Shown: in pieces, positions 25,101 to 53,110 of the stretch | Position numbering within the stretch: position 1 is the first letter of the stretch | Layout: every line of letters begins with the position of its first letter | NCBI RefSeq assembly: GCF_003918875.1 | Contig: NW_025766447.1 | Coordinates: 3,472,001-3,536,000, forward strand | Length of the DNA: 64,000 nucleotides | Direction of reading: 5' to 3' | Source of the DNA: Haliotis rubra | Taxonomy: Eukaryota | Translations under genes and position numbers: made by a program | Notes under the pieces: model-generated | What the model saw: the letters and a program-made list of their open reading frames with translations, nothing else | What the model was told of the DNA's origin: nothing | Databases searched by the model: none

Positions 25101-28096
25101 CACGCTGACGTCCCAGTCGTAAGTGTCCAGCTTCTGAAGCCTCCACTCGCCATACTGCGATGCCTGGGGTTAGAGGTAAAGATGCAATATGACGACGTCA
25201 TCAAGACAAGACGCCTTGAGCATGCACTAGTTGCCTGGATATATGCGCTATATAAATATCCTATCATCATAATAATGAAAAAATAATAATAAGTTGTCGA
25301 TTGGAACCAGCGTTGCAGCCTTACAACTCACAATAATGGCGGTACTGTACAATTCTATTACAATAAATGAAGGTACTCACATTTGAAGGTACCGCATTAC
25401 CCATAATAATGGTAGGTAAACTATGATTTATAATGGAAGGTGAACAATACAGTAACTTATACCAATGGAAAATGCACTACGCACAATATCGGCACGGCAC
25501 GGCTCACATCAATAGAAGGTACGGCATTACTTATAAAGATGGACTGTACACTGTTACTCACGCCAATAGAAGGTACGGCATTACTTATAACAATGGACTG
25601 TACACTGTTACTCACGCCAATAGAAGGTACGGATTACTTATAAACAATGGATTACTGTTATAACAATAGAAGGACGGCATTACTTATAACAATGGACTGT
25701 TACTCACGCCAATAGAAGGTACGGCATTACTTATAAATATGTACACTGTTACTCACACCAATAGAAGGTACGGCATTACTTATAACAATGGACTGTACAC
25801 TGTTACTCACGCCAATAGAAGGTACGGATTAAAGAAATTTTTTAAAACACCCAACATAACAAAATAGGTAAATCTAAAACATACGGTCAGGGGGCGAAAA
25901 TACAATGGAGAAACATTTCAAAAGATTTCACAAAATATGTCGGTCGGTGAAAAAAGTAAACTCAGTCAAAGAGTTACTCATTCCGAAAGTGCCCAACGTG
26001 AACTAGGTTTTATAACTGGATTTAGATAATGGCCACAGGGGAAGTTACAATGAGATTGTTCTAAACCGTATTTTAGTTTTTCACTTGTGCAACAATGGTT
26101 CGGCAGATTCGACAGATACTATGATTACAATATAGTGAAACAATCGATGTCAGAATGTAGTCGAGTCTTCATCTTACCGGAATCACTATTTCGAGGGCTC
26201 CATTCCCCAGATAATCCTCCGACACAATTATTGGGGTGCCTGTAAACGTGAAAACACCGTGAAAGTTATCTTTACAACAACTACCGTACGATGTGTATCG
26301 ACCGTGTTGGTGGCTGTGCATTTATAAGTGTGAGTTTGAGAGTGAATAGTGTGTTATTATTATTATTCTGTTTTCAATATTTCATCCTTGATATAAATAT
26401 TTGTCCTCTGAACGGTGACTTCACAGTTTCAAAGATTGTGCCCTAACTGGAATTCAGCGTCGTGAGCACGCTTTATCCACGAGGCTACTACACTGCTTTC
26501 TCCACAAGATGACGTGCACACCTTTCTTAAGTCCGTAGATTACAGGATCTTACAGCAAACGATGCCTTCATTCAAAGGCACAGTGTATTCCACTCAAACA
26601 TCTTTTCTTCAATGTTTTTCAGTGGTACAGCACAACACTAGCAATGCATTATTACGTAATGCCCTTATACACCAGCTTTACCTTGTGGGTAATGCAGTTT
26701 GACGACTGGTTTGGCTTGTTTGGTTGTCTCCATGATACGTAGCTTGACGTGGCTGAGTGTGTTGTCCACTGGTATGTTCCGGTAAGGGTCACTGGGAGAC
26801 ATGTGGAAGGAGGCAAGCAGGACGTACGCGTGGGCAGAATCCTGCAGCAAAACATTTACTCTGAAAGATTTTACTCCAAAATTTCCAAGTTTTAATCCAG
26901 ATAAGGTGCCGAATCTTACCACGTATAGCTTGGTCACTTGACCAGGTATCGATGGAATCCGGGTTTCGCTGCGTCTATGAACCTTGTTTGTCAGTACGAC
27001 ACCTGTATCCGGTTTGCACCATAACCTGCACCACTCCTGCTTGTCTTCCCACATTAAGTCGTCATGAAACTCATTCACTCAAAAATATTAATTCACCAGA
27101 TGATATGTACTATTGTCCATCATTAGGCGATACCCTCTCCCTTCATCCCCGGTGTTTATGGTTCACCAGTTGTCCCGTACACACGAGCCTGCTCTTTCTA
27201 GCAAGATTTCAAAGAGCGTCATACAACCCTTGCTAATTAAGAAGTTGGTTGATAAAGGTTTCAAGGTCTCAATAACGTTTCGAGAATACCTTATGGTAGA
27301 CTTTTAGGTAACACTTCCAAATTTGATTCATCAGTGACAATTATGTCCGGTGCAATTCCCTATTTCGACATGTTCCGTGGATGTTTTGTCAGGTGAGCAT
27401 TTGACTTGCCTGTGCATGTGTGCGTGATGGGTGCTACAGATGGGGAGGGGTATGCTCACCCTTCCCCAAACCACCCGGATATCATCACCGTTTAGTTGGA
27501 GATGATTCTGGAACACATGCTCATGTTTCGTTTGCAAATGCAGTAGCCTCTCTGTTTGGCAAGGATTTATTTATGAACATGGGAAGGATTTTGAAGCTTT
27601 ATATTTTTAGATACGAACGCAGACGACAGTTACCTTGATGATTCCCGCCACCTGTGAGACGTTGGTCTTGTCTGTGTTGAAGACATTTCCGCCTGATGAT
27701 TGGGCGATCTGCTGGTACACTGAATCTGGTGGGTGAAATAAATAACAGTTATACTGTTCAGATCCATCCATTATGATTTTAACATCACAGTAAATGTAAA
27801 ATGAAAAATAATGACATGTTTTCAAAAAAGAAATTTTGAATTAACGTAGTTTTGGCAACATGTACCACTCCTAATGACCTCTTTGAATGTAGCAGAATAT
27901 CTATTAGTTCTTGAAATGTTCAAAGCTAAATAGAAATGTTTCAGATGTATCCAATTGTCCAAAAATATAAATTTGATAAACATCCATAACTTCTACCTGC
28001 GCTTCTTTTCTTCTTCTGGATTGGCAAAAAACCCTCCACGCAGAGCACACTTATGGACACAACAAACAAAATGGCGGTAAGTCGACAGGCCATCAT
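22172..28096 (-). CDS. VWA7-like paralogue C, N-terminally deleted (signal peptide + KKKR + C-terminal half only), ~380 aa
   Basis: Exons 27997-28096 (MMACRLTAILFVVSISVLCVEGFLPIQKKKRSA), 27634-27725 (DSVYQQIAQSSGGNVFNTDKTNVSQVAGIIK), 26682-26841, 26178-26239, 25007-25163, 24166-24332, 23827-23937 (1 nt short), 22997-23198, 22501-22585, and an uncertain last exon (CAA TGA at 22172-22177). Exon sizes of 157, 167 and 202 nt match the homologous exons of A or B. Confidence 0.8.
25503..25830. repeat. ~54-bp minisatellite in intron 4 of paralogue C
   Basis: About 6 copies of CTCACGCCAATAGAAGGTACGGCATTACTTATAACAATGGACTGTACACTGTTA. Confidence 0.9.
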
Positions 28097-29906
28097 TTCG
28101 TTTTCACAATTATGCACTGTTTAACACAACCCGCTTCAGCCTGAATATAGCTTCCTATTGCACATCCAGCCAAAAGGTGTTTTCGTGTATGCAGAACTCC
28201 GCTATTGTTACAACTTGTCCTCTGTAAGACTTTTAATGACAGAACCTTGTTTTAAAGCTATTATATAGACACTGACGCCCATCCTTTATCGGAACATCTT
28301 CATTACCGATCAAACAAATTGTAGAAGGATTATAAGGTTTGGGGAGTAACATCAGTTTGAAATCAAGTTTTTCTCTTGTAATCACGTATGTCCGCCCAGG
28401 TCACGTCATTGTTGACCTTCTTTAAGTGGCTGTCCGCGCCCAAGAAAACACGATATGTACATACACATCAACACCATTGACCGTTTTACAGGACAGGCTG
28501 GGGGACACGGGGAGACAGCGGCTTCGGGGTGACGCTGTTCGCTTTGCAGAGTTGTACAGAGCTGCAGAGATGCCGAAGTGGGGACAAAATCCGCTGATTG
28601 TCGATTCGATTTCGGTATGAAAATTCCTTATTCTTCCAGCAACACACTCATGTCGATTTCCATAAAGGGGTACACAACCTTGACCTTGGACATTTGTCCC
28701 ATGTAAGCTGACGTGTCTCCATGTTGATTAAAGTGATTTTAAACCCAAATCACCCACTCATTCACGTGTCCATTTCAGCACAGTTACATCTGCGGGATTA
28801 CACGTTTCCAACTCTGGTTATCCATGGCCCTCTTATGAAAGAAATCATGAACATCAATATGCCACCGAAGAGACGTTAAAGAACACGGTATTAATTCTTA
28901 TTACTACAGATTATCTGCCATGCCCAATCAACAGTTGTAACATGAAAGAATCAGGCGATTAATAAGTTCCTTCAGCAGTATACAAATTGTTAAGCCTAAG
29001 CTGTCTGTCATATGTATGTGAAAGAGGTGAATAAACCATTAAATCTACCAACTGTAAATGGATGTACATATGATGAAAATTGTACACAATGATATAAAAA
29101 GATGAAAATGTCAACAAATTAGTAAATGTACAAGGTAGTGTCAAACTGACAGTGTGTGGGAAATTCAAGTAAAGACGAAGCCTGTCGCATCGAGCTCCTA
29201 GAGTAGATGTTATATCTCGGAAGTGTTTTATCTAGGAATGTGGCGCATGGAACCAGATTGACATTCTAGGGATATATAGCTGCTGCTGGTATATCGATGA
29301 CAATAGAGACACATTGTGTACGCATTATAAATACTACAAACTTAATAAATGGGATGTTATTTCTAAGCAAAACCTTTGTCATGGAATGTCAATCCGACAT
29401 TAAACGTTTAATCTATTTGCAAACAAACCTTTTAATCATGGAAATCCCTAGATAAGCAGATGGACCTAACCCTCGGTCGTGGGCCGCATAATGGTGTTGT
29501 TTATACCAACAGACTAATTCAATTTGAGTCTGACATTTTGTGTGTAGGTAAAACAACCTCTCACGCACACTGTCCTCTAAACACCAACATTAGCGACTTC
29601 CACGCTACATCTTCACAAGCTAAGTGTACGTGTGTGATGGATGTCTATAGCAGAATATACACACTTACGTTCATAGGTAGCGTGACTCTCTGACACCAGT
29701 GATGTCTGCGGTCAAAGTTTAATGTTTTGGACAAATATTGGTTCAGTGGCCTTCGACCTTACCTATACAAAGATACACAAGTATCTGTCACGATTTACGT
29801 CAAATGGTATAGCTGGGATCACATGCACAAAGCGATTGCAGATTTACATCAGACTTACAGTTAACACTGCCTGGTCTCCTGGAACTAGTCAAGACACTGC
29901 CCCACT

Positions 29907-30015
29907 GAGTGAGTGAGTGAGTGAGTGAGTGAGAGTGAGTGAGTGCGGTGTGTGTGTGTCTGTGTGTATATGTGTGAGACTGTGAGTGGTGTATACGAGA
30001 GATGTGTGTGTATGT
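29907..30015. repeat. (GAGT)n/(GT)n microsatellite
   Basis: Direct inspection. Confidence 0.85.
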
Positions 30016-30869
30016 ATGAGCACGGGTATGGTACTGTCATACAGACAGACCCAAAAACATGCCTGCCTGTCTAGAACCTCGCCACTGTTGGAGAACGTGT
30101 CCGGATAAAAGAGTTTACGGACATCTGATTCCCTTGAATGGTACCATGCCCTTCGCCCCCCTAACGAGCAACGCAAGCGCACCAGGGCGGGAAAACTGAA
30201 TCCCTTATTAGTTACCTCACCTACCAAGATCCTGGGAGGCAAAACCCACACCCAGTATTACAAAATGCATATTAAGATTATTCGAGTGTTATGCTCAGTC
30301 ATAAACTAAATCGTGTACCTTGAGAGAATTCAGATGACGGAATAGGCGGTTACAAACATGGAAATAAACATTGTGCGAAAAAACATCACTAGGCATAAAT
30401 ATGTTACATTTAGATTGTATTTCAGGTTTATTCAAGGTTTTATATGGATAAAGTAAGATCAACTTTTGTACTTTCTCGTTAACTTAGCAGGAAATAGCAA
30501 ACACATGTACACACGTTTTCTCACGATCCACCGGTGATTAACTTAAAAATACCTAATGAAATATCTTTGTGCATTCTTGTTGCCGATAATCTATATCTGA
30601 AAAATTGTTATATCAGAAATAATGGATTCCAAAAATATGCTTTAGGTGCAGATTTTACTATGCATAAAATAACAATAACCATACACGTAGCAGCTTGCAA
30701 CCACTGATTACTATTGCCGGAATTGTAGAACGTATGGAACGGTTCATCGGTCCTCCTTGGATAATACTTCTTTCACAAAACCGTTATGTTCGCATTAAAA
30801 TTGCTCAACTACAAGAAATATGACTTATGAACGAGTCGATGAATGTCATTTAATATACATATATATATA

Positions 30870-32377
30870 TACTGAACATCATTGAAAACGCGCCAGTCAA
30901 AAATTGTCCATATTTTCATCAAGATGGATTTCAGCATGACAATGATCAATGAATATAATTAACATGAAGTTGAAGGGCATGACCAGTTGAAAAAAACGCT
31001 TTAGAAACAAATTCCTGTCTACAGTATGACTCTTAATTCCAAAATGCATCAACATGCAGCCACGTCATGAAAAAAGCGCGAATTTCATTCTGAAATCATA
31101 CTGACTGTGACATTAATAGCAGGTGTATGAGAACCGATGCTCATTGCTTCACTAACGATTGTGAAACGAGGACAGAGATGCCGAGGTTAAGACCTCACGA
31201 AAGAGAACGTGCACTAGGCATGATTCAGGTTGGCACCAGCAGCAGGGATGTTGCTCGACAACTTGGACTTGGCCACTCCACCATCGTTAGGCTTTATAGA
31301 TGACATCAGTAGACAGGCAGCACCCGTGACCTTCAATGACCTTGGGATCAACGTGTTACGACGCTCCATCAGGATCGCCATATTGACCTCGTCCATATCA
31401 GTGATTGAACACTGCCGACTGCCAGGACTGCTGCACTAGTTCAAGGTTGACGTGGGGGTCATCAGACTCCATGCGACGCCGTCTACACGCTACAGGGCTC
31501 CATGCTCGACGTCCTTACGTTGGACCAATTCTGACTGACAGACACTGTAATGAGCGTATACAATGGGCTAGCAGGCATTTTCAGTAAAGGTTACAACAAT
31601 TGCATGGTGTGGTAGTCACTGACGAGTCACGTCTTCATCTACGTAATGCTGACAGCCGATTACGTGTTTGGCGTAGACGTGGTGAACGTTATGCTGATGA
31701 GTGTGTGGTTCAGACAGACCTTTGGGGGATGGGAGTGTCATGGGCTGGAGTGGAATAAATTACAATCACAGGACTGCCTTCATGTCTTTCAAGGAAGATT
31801 TAATGCCCTTTATTACCGTGAGCAGATTCTTCAGAATCACATCGTATCTGTCTTCAATCACCACCAAGATGTCCATACTTTTCAACAGGACAACGCACGG
31901 GCACACACAAAAAGATTTCCATGCAGTATCTGACCCAGCAACACGTCCAGGTTATTCATTGGCCAGCACAGTCGCCAGATGTATCCCCCATAGAGCACTT
32001 GTAGGACGAAATTGGTCAAAGTCTTTTGCGGCGACAACAGATGCGAAACATCCGGGACCTTGAGGCTGCACTACTGCAGAAGTGGAATGCCATCCTCAAG
32101 AACTCTGTTCGGACTCTTATTGACTTAATGAGGAGACGTTGAACTGCATGTGTCAATGCAAATTGCGGTCAAACGCGATATTGTCTTTTCGATTTGACCC
32201 CACGTGTGTTTGATCCTTTCTGACTGTGGAACATTTCAATGAATGAGCGTCTTTTCTGTGTTGTTATTTTTGTCAGTCAACAATCTGTTATTATTCACTA
32301 AAAAAATATCAATTCCTTGCACATGCTTTTAATAATCTGAACTTTTATAAGTGGTGCGTTTTCAATGATGTTCAGTA
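30870..32377 (+). mobile_element. Full-length but inactivated Tc1 transposon
   Basis: Terminal inverted repeats TACTGAACATCATTGAAAACGC / GCGTTTTCAATGATGTTCAGTA within TA runs. Transposase from 31178 (MPRLRPHERERALGM) with VTDES, FQQDNARAH and SPDVSPIEHL motifs, broken by stops and frameshifts. Confidence 0.93.
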
Positions 32378-33379
32378 TATATTCTCTATCAACTTTTGTA
32401 GGCATCAATCGCGGTTATCTGCTGTTGGTGTAAATACCCGTGAGTTCATGCGATCACTCACGATTTCGCCAAAACTGATGTAAAATTAATGATGACGAAC
32501 ATTGTCAAGCATGGTCGCCGTCCGTTAAGTGGGACACAGTAGTGAACAACTGCCACTGTTTGAAGCTGAAATTCACTGTCCCGATTAGGAAACAGGATTT
32601 CCAGATAAAGGGGGTGTTCTTGCTGCGTATATTTCGTTCCGTGTAAATATCGTCGTAAACTCGTCCACTATAAGCGAGATTTCTGGACATCCAGGAATAC
32701 AACCACTTGTTAAAGCCATTGTCATATTCGATATATTACGAGCGCTTCACACATTATGTCAAAGAATAACCATGACCATACTTTTCAAAGCACAACAAAC
32801 ATTTGAACTTCTTTCAACTGCACTCCGCTTCATATTGCAGTCTTAATAATATTGTCAAAATATAATTACAAAAAGGTTTAATATTGTTTGGACAGTATTG
32901 AAAGAGGATATAGCAATGTTAGTCAGGGTAACACTTGCCACTTCATCTTTGTAACTTAGTTTTTGAAAGTTGAAATCTAATCATCTTCATGTCAAAACAT
33001 ATCACGCATAATTGTTCAAATAAGCCCACTGTATTTTCACAACATCCCGAAATCTGTTGAAAATTCTAGGAATTGTAAAAAGGCAAATTTCGCTACATAT
33101 GGTCGTAAATTGCGTAATCCTATTTCAGATATTAGGTACGATTAACTTTCGTTAAAATCGCTTATATTTTCATAAATAAAATATAAATAAGACATCGAAA
33201 CAAGTATATAAAATTCTAATCAATATGTTATATGTCGTCATAATATACTGTATTGCGCTCATGGTAGAAGAACTGACACAACCCTGTCATAAATGCCACG
33301 CCACTGTCGGATTTTTCAACGATATTGACAAAACTAATCAATCTCAGCTTTGTGAAAGCTTTGTTGTATTAGTGCTGTG

Positions 33380-33772
33380 AAGAACCAAAAATACAGAAGG
33401 TCATTACTTCTATTTAGAACAAATTTTAATCGTTTAAGAGTACAAAATGTTAGAAAAGATTTTTGAAATACTGGAAATGATGATGCTAAATGTCCCCTGC
33501 GTTATGTATTAGAAGATGAGAAACATATATTTGATCAATGTCCAATATATAATAGCCTCCGTATGGAATCAACTGTCTCTTTACAATGTAACATACGTAA
33601 ACATTTACTTAATTCAAATGACACAAATACTTTGTATATATTAGGTAAATACTTATATAATATCTTTAAGATACATCTACAACAATGGTAACGCTCATAT
33701 GCATGTCTTTCTGTATATATTTGTATGAATAATGGGTCATTTGGCCTTGAAAACAATAAAGATGATGATGAA
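33380..33772 (+). mobile_element. 3' remnant of a non-LTR retrotransposon
   Basis: Translates to EDEKHIFDQCPIYNSLR, a LINE C-terminal zinc-knuckle-like motif, and ends in AATAAA(GAT)n. Confidence 0.55.
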
Positions 33773-34166
33773 AGCTTTGATGACACTGGCGCAGACAGCC
33801 GCATGTCTGTTGGATAATTTCGAAAGTGAAAAGTTGAGCGCGGTTAAGAGTTTTCAAAAACTCAGTTTCAAAGATGAGTTGTCAGGTGTTGCCCTGACCA
33901 TTTAGTTTAATTGTAGGTCAAGTTATTTTACATGAATTGCATTAAACTGCTAACTTTAAGATTAAACACATGGCATCTATCTATTTGCACACAAGATTAA
34001 TTACAATTTCATTAACATTTAATAGCGGCCAGTAATATAGGCATAAATTCTAGAGTGGCCTCCCTTCGAAAGATGTCTGCGCCCATGACAGCATGATCTG
34101 AATCCGGTTCTATATAGAATATCGGATTTTAAAACAGAATACGTTTCCTGAAATAATCGAATCTAG

Positions 34167-36048
34167 ATGTCAGAAGCAATAGAAAATGCTTTAGAACAAT
34201 CACCGAAAACTAAACGAACTCTTACGAAGACAGGAGCTGTGATACTCGGTGTTTCTGGTGCATGTTTTGTCGGTATTTATGCTGTGGCGGCACCATTTCT
34301 CACACCTGCATTACGGAAGGTGTGTTTACCTTTTGTTCCAGCGACAACAGACCAAGTCAAGAATGTTTTCACAGTTTTGAAAGGACGATCTGGCACACTA
34401 ATTGATATAGGCAGTGGCGATGGGAGAATAGTAAGTAAAGGTTCAGAAATGTGTGTTGAGCAGTGGTGTTTCAGTGCCGAGCTTCCAGTGAGTGAGTGGA
34501 TCGGGTTTCAAATTTCAGTTAGGTCACAATATGCCGAGAATGGCGTATGTTGTAAAACATCACCCACTTTGTTTATTTTTTATACCAACGAACCAGAGCG
34601 ATACATTACGACTCATAGTAAAGAGTCATAATATTTATCTCGATTGTTGATCAGCACATCATTTTTGTCGTTTTGTCACCCTGTATGTATACTGGTGTAT
34701 TGTTGCCTCATGATGTTGTGCATGTTTCTCAGGTGATCGAGGCAGCTAAGCAAGGTTTCAATGCTTATGGAGTCGAACTCAACTACTGGCTAGTTCTGTA
34801 TTCTCGATGGACAGCATGGAGACATGGGGTCAGTGGCACAGCACACTTCTTCAGGAAGGACCTCTGGAAGGTGAACTCATATTTCCACCAACTCCAACTT
34901 ATGCCTATCACCATGATCACTTCAGACTCATCAACTATAATGTCCCAATAGAAGCATTATTGGGTCTCTTGCAGGGTCTGGTTGAATATTGGAAATCCTT
35001 TTTTCAGGAATATTAGATGTCCTCAGTATCTCTTGTTTATATGAATCAATTTGACACCTAATCTAAAATGCTACATTAATATCTATCTATGTGTGTGTGT
35101 GTGTGTGTGTGGATGTACTTAACATATTTGTAATAAATATGAATACGGGAAAAAAAACATCTTTTATTGATGGAATAAATGAAAGTGAACACATGTAAAT
35201 CTTGAATCTTGAAAGCTACCTGTGCTATTTATCATGTTCAGAAAGATTTCCTGTTGAATTAATTTAGTATTAATATGGAATATTCATGCTTTAAACACAA
35301 CTTGATTTTCAGACTGATCTGTCAAAGTACAACAATGTGGTTGTGTTCGGTGTGGAGAAGATGGTAAGCATGCATACACTACTTGCAAAAACATTATGTT
35401 CATGAGCTAATGTCAAGACTACCTTAATGTACTCCCTGTGAGGGCAAGTGTTATAAAATGAGCCCTGTACTCTACTGACTGTTGTTAGAGAACATGGAAA
35501 AAGTGACTTTCATCGGAGAGCTTTGAGCCAGTGTTTTTATCATCAGCCAGCTGTTCTAGCTTGGATACTGCCAACTGGTGTCAGACAACAGTACATCTTC
35601 ACGATTATGTCGAGACTTGCAATGTTGTAAGATCACTACTTATCTAGTTTGCATATCATATTATTCAAAGGAACATAACATCAAACAGTCATAAAAAATA
35701 TATTTTGTTAACATGCATTAAAACTGATTTGAAACCAGTTAATAATAAATTGGGTCCTGTTTGAAACTTCTGACAATTTGGGACTTAAGGCTATCAGCAG
35801 AGATATGCAAATTTTGTTACAGGTGTTTTGCTACCATAATGAATTAAAGTTCTTATTGGATAATAAGGGTGAAGCATTAATGAGAAAACTAACTGTATTT
35901 CTGCCAGATGCCCCCACTAGAGGCGAAGCTAAAGACGGACCTGTGTAAAGATGGACATATTGTGGCATGCCGGTTTCCGTTCCACACATGGGAGGCCAGC
36001 AGAACAGAGGGTACAGGTGTGGATACAGTGTGGATGTACAAGCACTAA
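34167..36048 (+). CDS. ATPSCKMT: ATP synthase c subunit lysine N-methyltransferase (FAM173B-like), 197 aa
   Basis: Exons 34167-34430, 34733-34870, 35313-35363, 35908-36048. Motifs [59 protein letters not shown]. The CLPFVPAT motif favours FAM173B over FAM173A. Confidence 0.9.
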
Positions 36049-37496
36049 GACCTGTCTGACTACATGTACACCTTCTACCTGCACTTCAGCATGTCTGGAC
36101 CTACGTGGGGCATCTAATGGGTGTGTGAATATATCAGCACCAGAGTGAATGAGTTAGTTAGGATTTACGCCGTTTTATGTAATATTCCATCACAGCAGGG
36201 AACACCAGAAACGTGCCTCAAACATTGTAGCCATTTGGGGAAGTTCAACCCAGGCTTTTGACGTGACGAGCATACGCCTTAACCACTCAGCTACCCCACT
36301 GTCCCTTTAACCACTGGAACCCGTCTGATTGGACAATTGCCAATTGAACATTAAAGTCTCAGAATTTTTTTCAACTAAGGATAAAAGTTGTTTAACAAAC
36401 GATCATTGGTTTGTATTACTGGGAGTATGCACTTTAATGAAACCCCGTGAACAAGAAGGGTTGGTTTCTACAGTAGTCTAAGTTAACGCTCATCATGCAC
36501 CGCACATGCATTTGGGAATCGAACCCAGGTCTTCAGCATGACAAGCGAATACTTTAACCACTAGTCTACCCAACCGCCCCTCTGAATATGTAGAAAAACA
36601 TCACTAAAACCATGATAACAGTCTACCGTACATACACATTTACACATACACAAACCCATAATTACATGAATGTTGATCTATGAGAAGATAAAGGAGCTAC
36701 TGGCACATGGTTTTCTTTTTTCTATCATTATATCTCTCTACACACATCACTACACTGATGATCAAGGATGGCTTTCCACTCAATCAAGTAACAATGAACA
36801 TCATAAAAAATATTTTATTTGATTAATATCAGTTATGGATTTACATTTTTCAAATTAATGCATGTTATTAAAAGAAGATGCAAAAGCTCTGAAGTAGACC
36901 ATGAATAAATGATATCCAAGTATTTCAAGTGAAAAAAACATAATACAATCACAAAGAACATAAATATTGCAACAAATACTGTAACACATGGGCAAGGAAA
37001 TGAGATTCTTCCAGTCACTGAGGATGTATGACAAAATGTTTTGTCACTTTAAACCTCTCAAAAGGATTGAACTTCTGATTCTAAATGCTCAGCAAATTCT
37101 GGCCCAAACGCTTTTAAACTCTTAACAGAATAACATGAAACCTGCTGACAATTCAGCTCAACACAACAACGCTAACCATGTTGTTTGTCTTTGACCTAAC
37201 ATAGCTTCAGAATCTATTAAAGAAAGCATTTTTGAGCAGAAGAAGATTATCTTGATGCATCCTTCCAACAAGTCAAGCACAGAAGCACATGTTGTGTAAT
37301 CGACACTACAACGCGGAAGGTGAAAATAGAGGCACCATTTCTTCTTAAGCTGCAACAGTTAGTAGTGGAATGAATAAACAGAATACAATTTTGATTAACA
37401 AGACAGATTTGAGCCACTTCAAGAAAGCAGTGGCAATGCCATCTCTGACGTAGGAAGCTCTGTCACAGCCGGAGATATGGTGAATATAGCTAAGCT

Positions 37497-52978
<15,482 letters not shown>

Positions 52979-52979
52979 A

Positions 52980-53110
52980 GTGAGATGAAAACGAAGAGCT
53001 AGTGGATCAACCCTAACACACAGCGATCACTCAGCAAACACGTGTGACCACGTGCGCCTACTTTCAGACAAGTTTAGAGTTACCCGCCTTGGATAAACAT
53101 CCACCAATCA
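52980..53110 (-). promoter_or_regulatory. Putative ATIC proximal promoter: tandem CACGTG E-boxes, CCAAT, pyrimidine-rich leader
   Basis: CACGTG at 53039-53044 and 53049-53054, CCAAT at ~53104, and CTCTTCGTTTTCATCTC just upstream of the ATG. Confidence 0.5.
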
